Assembly (NCBI GenBank): GCA_963676565.1
Contig: OY781089.1
Coordinates: 640,001 to 704,000, forward strand
Reading direction: 5' to 3'
From: Halarcobacter sp.
GTDB lineage: Bacteria; Campylobacterota; Campylobacteria; Campylobacterales; Arcobacteraceae
DNA length: 64,000 bases
Made by a program: the position numbers and the translations under genes. Shown here one piece after another: positions 47,317 through 56,215 of the stretch; within the stretch, counting starts at the first letter, position 1; each line of letters starts with the position of its first letter. Below the pieces are notes generated by a model. The model had not been told where the DNA came from, did not search any database, and worked only from the letters and a program-made list of their open reading frames with translations.

Positions 47317-49701
47317 TTATTGACAACCTGAACATTCCATACTTCTGTCTTCTACATCATTTGATGCTTCAGGTGATTGAGATCTTAAATAATATGTTGA
47401 TTTAAGTCCAAGTTTCCATGCTAGCATATAAATCTCGTGTAAATATTTTCCACTTGCTTTATCTAAGCTCATAAAGATATTTAAAGATTGTCCTTGGTCA
47501 ATCCATTTTTGTCTAACTGCACCAGCTCTAATGATATCTAATTGGTCAACATCATAAGCAGGAATATAATATGTCCATGTTTCTGGACTTAGGTTTGGTA
47601 CAACTACAGGAATAAGTCCTGATAAGTTTTCTTCATACCACTTTCTTTTATAAACTGGTTCAATAGCTTGTGTTGTTCCAACAAGGATTGAAATAGATGA
47701 AGTTGGTGCAATTGCCATTAAGTATCCATTTCTCATACCATTTGTTTTAACTTGTTCTCTTAATGCATCCCAATCATATCCTGCATCAAAAAGGTCTTTA
47801 TCTACAAGTGCATTAACAGCTTGTGGTGCATGGTCGTGTGGCATAATACCTTTTGACCAGTTAGAACCTTCAAATGTTGGATAAACACCTTTTTCAACAC
47901 TAAGTTCGCTTGATGCTTTAATTGCATTGTATGAGATTGCTTCCATAATTGAATCAATCTTTTTAAAGTGGTCATTGCTTCCCCAAACAAGTTTTTGTTC
48001 AGCAAGCATTTGTGACTCACCCATTACACCAAGTCCAATAGATCTTGATTTTAGGTTTGTTGCTTTTACTTTTCTAAGTGGATAGAAGTTTAAGTCGATT
48101 ACATTGTCAAGCATTCTAACTGCTGTTGGAACAACTCTTTCTATATCCTCTTTTGTATTTATTCTAGAAAGGTTAATTGATGCTAAGTTACAAACAGCTG
48201 TATCACCATCAGTTTTTTCTTTTTCAACAATAAATACTCTTTTTCCATTTATTGAATCAAGAGCAGTTACTTTATTTGCTTTTTTCTCTTGACCTGCATC
48301 TACTAAGATTAAATCTTCTTCTTCATAAGTTTCAATTGTACCATCTTCAAACTCTAACTTAATTTTATAGTGATTAGGGTTTGTATTTTGGAAAATCTCT
48401 GTACAAAGATTTGAAGATCTAATATGTCCAACATGGTTATTTGGATTAGCTCTATTTGCATTATCTTTAAAGCAAAGGAAAGGCGAACCAGATTCAAAAT
48501 AAGAAGTTAGAATTTTTTTCCATAACTCTTTTGCTTTCATTCTTTCTTTTGTGATTGATTCATCATTTTCATATTGAATATATCTTTCAATAAATGCTTC
48601 ACCATGTAATTCAGATAAATCTTTTACTTCATATGGATCAAATAAAGTCCAGTATGAATCCTCAGCAATTCTTTCCATGAAAAGGTCTGTAATCCAAAGG
48701 GCAGGGAATAAATCATGTGCTCTTCTTCTTTCTTCACCTGAGTTTTTCTTTAAGTCAATGAAATCAACAATATCCATGTGCCAAGGCTCAAGGTAAACAG
48801 CTATTGCACCTTTTCTTGTACCTAATTGGTCAACTGCAATTGCAATATCATTTGTGATTTTAAGAAATGGAACAGTACCCCCAGCAGCACTTTTGTGGTC
48901 ATCGATAACTCCACCTAATGCTCTAATTTGGTTCCAATCCCAACCAATACCACCACCATATTTAGAAAGTAGTGCCATCTCTTTATATCCATCAAAAATA
49001 CCTTCAATATTATCAGGACTTGAACCAATATAACAAGAAGATAATTGGTGTCTGTTTGTTCTTGCATTTGATAATGTTGGAGTTGCTAACATAACTTCAA
49101 ATTTTGAAACTACATCATAAAACTCTTTTGCTCTTTGTTGTTTATTATCTTCATCTTGAGCTAAGAACATAGCAATCGCCATAAACATTTGTTGAGGAAG
49201 CTCTATTGGTATACCTTGTCTATTTTTGATTAAATATCTATCGTATAAAGTTTTAATTCCAAGATAATTGAATAAATAGTCTCTTGTTGGATCCATATAA
49301 TCATTTAAATCATCTAGATCATAACCTTCACCTAAAGCAGGAAGTAGTCTTCCAGCTTCTTTTCCATATTTTAGGTAATCTTTTAAATGGCAGTATGGTT
49401 CACCTTTGATTCCATGAGTAGCTTTTCCAACTTTATGATACAGGTCAAATACAAAAAGTCTTGCGGCAACAAAAGTCCAATTTGGGACATCAATATCGAT
49501 TTTTTCAACCGCAGTTTTTATTAATGCATCTTGAATATCTGAAGAACTCATTCCATCAATAAATTTAATTTGAGCATCAAGCTCTAATTCACTTTGAGAT
49601 ACACCATCTAAGCCTTCAGTAGCTTCAATAGTCATCTTTTGGATTTTAGTAATATCTAAAATCTCTTTTCTACCATTTCTTTTTTGAATCATTATTGCCA
49701 T
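47317..49701 (-). CDS. nrdA: Ribonucleotide reductase class Ia alpha subunit with ATP cone
   Basis: QKRNG ATP cone, LSSC, SNLCTEI, VCNLAS, APTSS, TYYLR and C-terminal CSGC. Confidence 0.97.
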   Translation of the reverse strand: MAIMIQKRNGRKEILDITKIQKMTIEATEGLDGVSQSELELDAQIKFIDGMSSSDIQDALIKTAVEKIDIDVPNWTFVAARLFVFDLYHKVGKATHGIKGEPYCHLKDYLKYGKEAGRLLPALGEGYDLDDLNDYMDPTRDYLFNYLGIKTLYDRYLIKNRQGIPIELPQQMFMAIAMFLAQDEDNKQQRAKEFYDVVSKFEVMLATPTLSNARTNRHQLSSCYIGSSPDNIEGIFDGYKEMALLSKYGGGIGWDWNQIRALGGVIDDHKSAAGGTVPFLKITNDIAIAVDQLGTRKGAIAVYLEPWHMDIVDFIDLKKNSGEERRRAHDLFPALWITDLFMERIAEDSYWTLFDPYEVKDLSELHGEAFIERYIQYENDESITKERMKAKELWKKILTSYFESGSPFLCFKDNANRANPNNHVGHIRSSNLCTEIFQNTNPNHYKIKLEFEDGTIETYEEEDLILVDAGQEKKANKVTALDSINGKRVFIVEKEKTDGDTAVCNLASINLSRINTKEDIERVVPTAVRMLDNVIDLNFYPLRKVKATNLKSRSIGLGVMGESQMLAEQKLVWGSNDHFKKIDSIMEAISYNAIKASSELSVEKGVYPTFEGSNWSKGIMPHDHAPQAVNALVDKDLFDAGYDWDALREQVKTNGMRNGYLMAIAPTSSISILVGTTQAIEPVYKRKWYEENLSGLIPVVVPNLSPETWTYYIPAYDVDQLDIIRAGAVRQKWIDQGQSLNIFMSLDKASGKYLHEIYMLAWKLGLKSTYYLRSQSPEASNDVEDRSMECSGCQ

Positions 49702-49733
49702 CTTAGTTTAACCCCTATCCCTTTTTAAGTTAA

Positions 49734-51062
49734 TTATTTAAATACTCTTTTAAATATAGCATCCACATTTTTTGTATAATAATCGTAGTTAAAACACTCT
49801 CTGATTTGTTCTTCAGATAGTTTTGCTCTTAAGTCTTCATCTGCTAATAAGTGACCTAAGTATAAAGACTCACCCTCTTCATTTAATGTTGGTTTACCTT
49901 GTTGAATCTCTTCCCAAACCTTCATAGCGTTTCTTTGAACGATTTTGTAAGCATCTTCTCTGCTTACTCCAGCTTTTGGTAACTCTAGCAAAACTCTCTG
50001 AGAAAAAACTAAACCACCAGTTAAGTTTAAATTTTTCATCATATTTTCAGGCATAACAGTTAAGTTAGCAATTACATTGTTCATTCTATGTAACATAAAG
50101 TCTGTTGTAATAAATGCATCAGGTAACCAAAATCTTTCATTTGATGAGTGTGAGATATCTCTTTCGTGCCATAATGCTACATTTTCCATCGCTGGATTAG
50201 CATATGCTCTAATTGTTCTTGCTAAACCTGTGATATTTTCAGTTAAAATAGGATTTCTTTTGTGTGGCATAGCTGAACTTCCTTTTTGCCCTTTCGCAAA
50301 AAACTCTTCAGCTTCGTATACTTCTGTTCTTTGTAAGTGTCTAACTTGAACAGCAAATTTTTCGATTGATGATGCCATAGATGCTAAAGCAGTAGCAAGT
50401 CTTGCATATCTATCTCTATGAACTACTTGGTTTGAACAAGGTTCTGGTTTTAAACCTAATTCTGCCATAGCTAATTCTTCAAGTTCTAATGGAGCATGAG
50501 CAAAGTTACCCATTGCACCAGAGATTTGACCAACAGAGATAACTTCCATTGTTTGCTCTAGGTTTAATAGGTGTCTTGACATCTCATCATACCAAACAGC
50601 TAAAGTTAAACCAAATGTAATAGGCTCACCATGAATACCATGAGATCTTCCTACCATAAGTGTAAATTTATGCTCTTCAGCTCTTTTTTTAATTGATTCC
50701 ATTAACATCTTAACATCATCAATAATAATATTTAAAGAGTCTCTCATTTGAAGGGCAACACCTGTATCAACTGCATCAGATGAAGTCATACCATAGTGGA
50801 ACCATCTTGATTCTTCCCCTAATGACTCTGAAACACTTGTGTTAAATGCAATTAAGTCATGTTTTGTAACAGCCTCAATCTCTTCAATTCTCTCAACTGA
50901 AAATGTTGCATTATTTACAATTTTTTCACAATCATCATCTGGAATAAGACCTAATTTATTCCAAGCCTTTACTGCTGCTTTTTCTACTTCTAACCATGCT
51001 GCATATCTTGCGTGTTGAGTCCAGTGTTTTGACATCTCTTCTCTAGCATATCTTTCAACCAT
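49734..51062 (-). CDS. purB: Adenylosuccinate lyase
   Basis: MVERY start, HYGMTSSD, GRSHGIH and GSSAMPHKRNP motifs. Confidence 0.96.
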   Translation of the reverse strand: MVERYAREEMSKHWTQHARYAAWLEVEKAAVKAWNKLGLIPDDDCEKIVNNATFSVERIEEIEAVTKHDLIAFNTSVSESLGEESRWFHYGMTSSDAVDTGVALQMRDSLNIIIDDVKMLMESIKKRAEEHKFTLMVGRSHGIHGEPITFGLTLAVWYDEMSRHLLNLEQTMEVISVGQISGAMGNFAHAPLELEELAMAELGLKPEPCSNQVVHRDRYARLATALASMASSIEKFAVQVRHLQRTEVYEAEEFFAKGQKGSSAMPHKRNPILTENITGLARTIRAYANPAMENVALWHERDISHSSNERFWLPDAFITTDFMLHRMNNVIANLTVMPENMMKNLNLTGGLVFSQRVLLELPKAGVSREDAYKIVQRNAMKVWEEIQQGKPTLNEEGESLYLGHLLADEDLRAKLSEEQIRECFNYDYYTKNVDAIFKRVFK

Positions 51063-51199
51063 AAACAAATCCCTTGTATTCAAATATCTATTAGTTTTTA
51101 TCAATTTTTTCTAATAATTTAAGTATGATATGCTATCTAAATAAGACAAAATATATGTTTAATTTTTGTTGAATTTTTACTTAATTTCAGGAAATAATA

Positions 51200-52111
51200 T
51201 TGCCGTTTACTTTAAAAAAATTTGATGCCATAAAAGATAAAAAAATACAACTATTTATGTTGCAAGACTTGGGCTACAAGCCCCGTCCTGCCAATCGTTT
51301 GATAGCAAGATCAAGGGTTTTTGACTCAAACCATGTTCCCTATGAAATCAATGAATTAATAAAAGAAGATGTCATCTACATTGCTTTGTTTGAGGGGCAT
51401 ACAAGGGGCTTAAGACCTTTACATATTTTTAAAGATTTTGCAATCTTTGATAAGCCTTCAAATTTAATGATTCATCCTATTTCAAAAAACACTCCTTATT
51501 CACTTTTGGATGAGATTAGATACCATTTAGGAGAGAGTGCAAACCAAGCTCACAGAATAGATGCAGAGACATCAGGACTAGTATTAGTGGGAAAAAATGA
51601 GAAGGTTACAAATAAACTTGCAACCATGTTTGAGAACAAAGAGTATAAAAAATCTTATCTTGCAATAGTTGAAGGAAAAATAGAAAAAGAAGAGTTAATT
51701 GATAAAAATTTAAAAAAAGAGGGGAAGGCTATTGGTGTTAGAATGGCAACTTGCTCAAAAGATGAGGGTAAAGAATCAATTACAAAGGTAAAACCTTTAA
51801 AATACAACGAGAAAAAAGATATTACATTAGTTGAAGTTACTCCAATAACAGGTAGACAACATCAAATAAGAGTACATCTATACTCAATTGGGCATAAAAT
51901 ATTAGGTGACCCAATATATGGAATAGATGATGATATTGCAGAAGATTATCTAAATAAAAAGCTTAGTGATGATGATAGAATTAAAGCTTCTAAATCCCAT
52001 AGGTTATGGTTGCAAGCAAATTACCTTGAATTTACTTACGATAAAGTAATTTATAAAATCTATTCTAAAAATAAAGATATATATAATGAGTTTAGCTCTT
52101 TAAGAAGCTAA
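51200..52111 (+). CDS. RluA-family pseudouridine synthase
   Basis: HRIDAETSG and TGRQHQIRVH...I.GD..Y motifs. Confidence 0.92.
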   Translation: MPFTLKKFDAIKDKKIQLFMLQDLGYKPRPANRLIARSRVFDSNHVPYEINELIKEDVIYIALFEGHTRGLRPLHIFKDFAIFDKPSNLMIHPISKNTPYSLLDEIRYHLGESANQAHRIDAETSGLVLVGKNEKVTNKLATMFENKEYKKSYLAIVEGKIEKEELIDKNLKKEGKAIGVRMATCSKDEGKESITKVKPLKYNEKKDITLVEVTPITGRQHQIRVHLYSIGHKILGDPIYGIDDDIAEDYLNKKLSDDDRIKASKSHRLWLQANYLEFTYDKVIYKIYSKNKDIYNEFSSLRS

Positions 52112-52420
52112 CTCACAATTAAAACAATTTGATATATCTTTACATGTAGAACAAGCTGGTGCAGTTTTACCTATAGAATCGTAAAGATATTTTTTCCATC
52201 TTACATCTTTTGGTTTTATTTTTGCCAAAGATGGAAAGTTGTTTGTCATTAACCTATTCATCTCTTTTCTACTGATTAAGCCTAAATCAGAGTACAAATG
52301 CCCCATTCTTAATGAAGTTTTAGCAATCCAAGGCGCCAATGTATTTTTTGCATAATCATCATCTGCATTTTTTTGAAGTAAGCTTAATACTTCAACTTCC
52401 ATCATTTCAAATTCACTCAT
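52100..52420 (-). CDS. nifQ: NifQ molybdenum-donor protein (compact form)
   Basis: HLYSDLGL.SR.E...LM...FP.LA......RWKKYLY segment plus C-terminal Cys cluster; nif context. Confidence 0.85.
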   Translation of the reverse strand: MSEFEMMEVEVLSLLQKNADDDYAKNTLAPWIAKTSLRMGHLYSDLGLISRKEMNRLMTNNFPSLAKIKPKDVRWKKYLYDSIGKTAPACSTCKDISNCFNCELAS

Positions 52421-52437
52421 AGTTTTTTCCTCCTTAT

Positions 52438-53436
52438 TTAAACTACATCACAATATTCAAGATCCATTCCCGCAGGTCTTGATAAATCTTTATTTCCGCC
52501 AATATAAAGATTTTTTAAATTCATTAACTCCTCAATTGAATCAGGTAAAACGCTAATTTCATTATCCTCTAAATCCAATTCTTCAAGCTTTTCAAGGTTT
52601 CCTAAATCATTTGGTAGCGAAACTAGAGAATTGGAACTTACACTTAAACTTGTAAGTTTTTTTAATTGACAAATTTCATTGGGTAGATAACTTAGGTTAT
52701 TGTTATCTAAAATCAATATTCTTAAATCTTCTAATTTACTAATGTTAAAGTTTAAAGATTCAAGGTTATTATCACTTAAATCAAGTTTTATCAACATATC
52801 ATGGGATTCCAACGAGGGTAGGTTTTTTAGATGATTCCCTTCTAAAAGTAGAGTTTCAAGCTCTTCAATACTAGATATTGATTCTGGAAGAAAACTTAGA
52901 TTATTAAAAGATAGATCTAAATAATATAAAGATTTCATTTTAGAAAAAGAATCGGGTAATTCCTCTAGTTCATTGGTATCAAAAGATAGATACAACAACT
53001 TTGTAAGATTTCCTAAACTAGGGCTAACATTTTTTATTTTATTAGCAGCTAGGGTTAATCTAGTAAGTGAACTAAGATTGTAAATCTCTTCAGGTAATGT
53101 TTCAAGTCTATTTCCATTTAGATTTAAAATCATAAGTTTCTCTAGATTGCCAATAGACGAGGGTAATTCTTCAATAAGGTTGTTTTCACATTGAAGATTT
53201 TTTAGATTTTTTAATTGTCCAATTGAATTAGGTAATTTAGAAAGTCTATTGTTTGAAAGTTTTAAAACACTTAAAGATTTTAAAACATGAATAGACTCAG
53301 GTAATTCACGAATTTTTTTCTTAGTTAAATCTAAATGGGTCATCATAAAAATATCATCATCATTTGTTGAAATGGTAGATTCTAATCTATTAGTTCTAAC
53401 CCATCTTACAAAATCATCAATATCACTCATGCTCAT
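52438..53436 (-). CDS. Leucine-rich-repeat protein (12-13 repeats of about 23 aa)
   Basis: Repeating LxxLxLxxNxLxxLPxxIxxL pattern. Confidence 0.92.
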   Translation of the reverse strand: MSMSDIDDFVRWVRTNRLESTISTNDDDIFMMTHLDLTKKKIRELPESIHVLKSLSVLKLSNNRLSKLPNSIGQLKNLKNLQCENNLIEELPSSIGNLEKLMILNLNGNRLETLPEEIYNLSSLTRLTLAANKIKNVSPSLGNLTKLLYLSFDTNELEELPDSFSKMKSLYYLDLSFNNLSFLPESISSIEELETLLLEGNHLKNLPSLESHDMLIKLDLSDNNLESLNFNISKLEDLRILILDNNNLSYLPNEICQLKKLTSLSVSSNSLVSLPNDLGNLEKLEELDLEDNEISVLPDSIEELMNLKNLYIGGNKDLSRPAGMDLEYCDVV

Positions 53437-53675
53437 CCCTTTAACCTGTCATTCATTGCGTCAATTAAAAAAGAAATCTCTTCATAATCAATAAATCCAA
53501 AGTCAACCATATTGTATAAAGCCATTAAAGGCTTTCTACAACAAGTTTTACTACATCCAGTTACTAGTTTTTTAGCTTTTTTATATGGAAGATCTGTATC
53601 TTGAAAAATCTTTACTGCATCTTGGATAGTTTTCTCTCCACATTCGCAGATTCTTTTATTTTTTAAATCTTCCAT
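53433..53675 (-). CDS. Small Cys-rich protein, BFD-like [2Fe-2S] candidate
   Basis: ICECG ... TGCSKTCC spacing resembles BFD-like domains. Confidence 0.6.
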   Translation of the reverse strand: MEDLKNKRICECGEKTIQDAVKIFQDTDLPYKKAKKLVTGCSKTCCRKPLMALYNMVDFGFIDYEEISFLIDAMNDRLKG

Positions 53676-53687
53676 AATATTTCCAAA

Positions 53688-53897
53688 TTATTTTAAGTAT
53701 GGATGTGCTTCTTTGAAAGTATTAACATCTTTCATAGCAACAGCAATTTTTTCACTTAATTCTGGTAATTTATCATAATCTGTCCAGATTGTATCTTCAA
53801 CAATATCATGAACAACACCAGCAAGTTCAACAACTTTTCTTTTATACTTTGCTAGTTCTTTTTTCTTCTCTTTTTGTTCTTCTGTTAATCCTGCCAT
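53688..53897 (-). CDS. Rop-like / CCE_0567-family nif-associated protein
   Basis: Helical 69 aa protein with VHDIVED..W....LPEL motif; nif context. Confidence 0.7.
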   Translation of the reverse strand: MAGLTEEQKEKKKELAKYKRKVVELAGVVHDIVEDTIWTDYDKLPELSEKIAVAMKDVNTFKEAHPYLK

Positions 53898-53949
53898 AAT
53901 TTCGTCTCCTTTTTTTAAATTTATTGTCTATTTTTTATATATTTTATGA

Positions 53950-54756
53950 TTATATTGCGTATAAATTTTCTAATTTTAATTGTGGTTTTTCCCCTAAATA
54001 CATTAAAGAATAGGTACCATCTTTTTTAAATTTATAACTATCATAAAGTTCAGTTATCTCTTTGATATCTTTTGGGGTATAGGCAAAAATCTTTTTTAAT
54101 CCCCTATAATATAAAACACCCCTTAGAAGTTTTTCTGCATCTAAATAAGACTCACTTTGCATAAGCCAGGGTGAAATTCTAATAAATCTTTTATTTACTA
54201 CATATGAGTGTAAAAAGCCTGTTTGAGTTGATAGTTTTAAAGAGTTTGAGAAGGTACAATCAGTTTTTATATAATCTTCTCTATTGTCCATAAATACTTG
54301 TTTATCAATTTTTATTGAAATGTCATCATAGTTTTCACCACTTACTTGCTTTGCAATAGAGTTTGAAAAATTAAAGGGAACGGCTTCTCCACTATGCATA
54401 TATCTAGAAAATAAAGAATGCTCTTGAAAATTAAAAGCTTCTACAAAGTGTTTTTTCTTAAAATCAATTAATACAAAAATATTCATACTAGGAGTATTTT
54501 GTATAAGAAGCTTTAAAAGTCTTGTTAAAACTTCTTCATGGGATTCTAATGCATTTATTACATTTATAAAAATATGTTTATGAAACTCATAAGCACTAAC
54601 TACACCAACTATATTTCCATTTTCATATGCTGCAAAGCAATATTGAGGAAATACATTATAAGTTTGTTTCAATAACTCCAATTCAAAAAGCTTATCACTT
54701 TCTAATAAATCAGAGATATCATCTTCAAAATCGTTTCTTAAATATCCAACGAACAT
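53950..54756 (-). CDS. GNAT-like (tandem acetyltransferase-fold) protein
   Basis: CFAAYENGNIVGVVSAY strand pattern and ELYDSYKF; overlaps the nifV end. Confidence 0.55.
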   Translation of the reverse strand: MFVGYLRNDFEDDISDLLESDKLFELELLKQTYNVFPQYCFAAYENGNIVGVVSAYEFHKHIFINVINALESHEEVLTRLLKLLIQNTPSMNIFVLIDFKKKHFVEAFNFQEHSLFSRYMHSGEAVPFNFSNSIAKQVSGENYDDISIKIDKQVFMDNREDYIKTDCTFSNSLKLSTQTGFLHSYVVNKRFIRISPWLMQSESYLDAEKLLRGVLYYRGLKKIFAYTPKDIKEITELYDSYKFKKDGTYSLMYLGEKPQLKLENLYAI

Positions 54757-55853
54757 AGGTATAACTCTTTTAATTCAGTACTATCTAATACTTTTTTTCT
54801 ATTTGTAACAATCTCTCTTACTAATGGTAAAAGTTCTTGCAGTCTTTTTTTGTCTGGATTAATCCCCATAGCTTGTAAGTGATATAATAAAGTTGAGGTT
54901 CCTGAATGTTTTCCAATGGGGAAAGCCCTTTGTAAACCAACCTCTTTTGGGGTAAATGGTTCATAGGCTGATTTTGATTTCATCATCCCATTTACATGAA
55001 TTCCTGATTCATGGGCAAAAATATACTCTCCAATAATTGGAAGATTTGTATCTATTCTTCTATTTGATGCAAGACTAACACTTTGAATTAAAGATTTTAA
55101 TTTTTCAGAGTTAATATCTACAGCTTTTCCAAAAAGTCTTGTTAAACTCATTAAAACCTGCTCGAAAGATGCATTGCCCGCGCGTTCACCTAAACCTATT
55201 ACAGTTGTATTAGCACTCATTGCTCCTGCTTCAAAACCAGAAATTGCATTTGCTGTTGCCATACCAAAATCATTATGTGTATGCATCTCAATATCGAGCA
55301 GTTTTAATGAACTTAACTCTTTTATATTTTCGTATGTTTTTTGGGGAGTTAATATCCCAACGGTATCACAATACCTAAATCTATCAGCGTTAATAGATTT
55401 TCCTAAACTCATAATCTCTTTTAAAAATCCTAAGTCTGCACGGCTAGAGTCTTCTCCTCCAATACAAACAAAAAGCCCCTCTTTTTTTGCTTCTAAAACT
55501 ACTGTTTCTAATTGTCTTAAAAGTTTTTCCTTGTCTCCTCCAAATTTTACATCAATTAAGATATCTGAGACAGGAATTGAAAGGTCTACTGCTTTTAATC
55601 CGCAGTTAATTGAAGCTTCTAAATCACTTAAGGTTGCTCTATTCCAACTCATAATTCTAATAGGTAAATTTAATGCTAAAATTTCTTTAAGGTCATCTTG
55701 CTCTTTTTGTCCCATTGCCGGAATTCCAACTTCAAGCTCATCGGCGCCTGCTTCATAGAGTTTTTTAGCAATATCTAATTTTTCTTTAGTATTAAATGCA
55801 ACATATGGGGCTTGTTCACCGTCTCTTAAAGTTGTGTCGTTGATTAGAAACAT
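54738..55853 (-). CDS. nifV: Homocitrate synthase
   Basis: DTTLRDGEQAP, VGIPAMG, HTHNDFGMATAN, GERAGNA, HESGIH and IGKHSG motifs; no LeuA regulatory domain; nif context. Confidence 0.93.
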   Translation of the reverse strand: MFLINDTTLRDGEQAPYVAFNTKEKLDIAKKLYEAGADELEVGIPAMGQKEQDDLKEILALNLPIRIMSWNRATLSDLEASINCGLKAVDLSIPVSDILIDVKFGGDKEKLLRQLETVVLEAKKEGLFVCIGGEDSSRADLGFLKEIMSLGKSINADRFRYCDTVGILTPQKTYENIKELSSLKLLDIEMHTHNDFGMATANAISGFEAGAMSANTTVIGLGERAGNASFEQVLMSLTRLFGKAVDINSEKLKSLIQSVSLASNRRIDTNLPIIGEYIFAHESGIHVNGMMKSKSAYEPFTPKEVGLQRAFPIGKHSGTSTLLYHLQAMGINPDKKRLQELLPLVREIVTNRKKVLDSTELKELYLCSLDI

Positions 55854-55888
55854 TTAATTTACCTTTTTATTAGTATTAAACTAATATA

Positions 55889-55903
55889 TGCAAAAAGTGT
55901 TCC
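55889..55903 (-). promoter_or_regulatory. Sigma54-type -24/-12 promoter of the nifV operon
   Basis: GGAACACTTTTTGCA (GG-N10-GC) on the minus strand, 35 nt before the ATG. Confidence 0.8.
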
Positions 55904-55910
55904 TTTATGA

Positions 55911-56189
55911 TTAAATTTTAAGTATCTCTAAACTATGGATTTTATTTAAATCCTCTTTTTCTAAAGAATCATATGAGTATACAAAACAACAAGGTTTGTC
56001 TTTTATTGTTTTTTCAATTTCCCAAAAAGTATCAAGGGAATCAACTAAGTAGATTTTATCTGCACGTAAAGATTTCAAAGGAAAACCAATAGCTCCATGA
56101 CAGGTAGTTGCTGGGTATAGTTCTAATAATTCACTGTTAATAGATATAGGACCATTACCCTTTAGAAGTAAAACTTTTGGATTTTTCAT
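55911..56189 (-). CDS. Hypothetical protein downstream of nifB
   Basis: 92-aa ORF filling the nifB-nifV gap; no family recognised. Confidence 0.6.
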   Translation of the reverse strand: MKNPKVLLLKGNGPISINSELLELYPATTCHGAIGFPLKSLRADKIYLVDSLDTFWEIEKTIKDKPCCFVYSYDSLEKEDLNKIHSLEILKI

Positions 56190-56215
56190 TTGTTTTTTTG
56201 AAAATGAATTAGGGA

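Noticed and set aside
48200..48400. Insertion in NrdA between SNLCTEI and VCNLAS considered as an intein
   Set aside because: Only about 60 aa, with no Cys/Ser start, His-Asn end or endonuclease motif; resembles the ordinary Campylobacterota NrdA loop
52438..53436. LRR periodicity considered as a CRISPR array or DNA tandem repeat
   Set aside because: The repeats are degenerate, at protein level, and lie within one ORF
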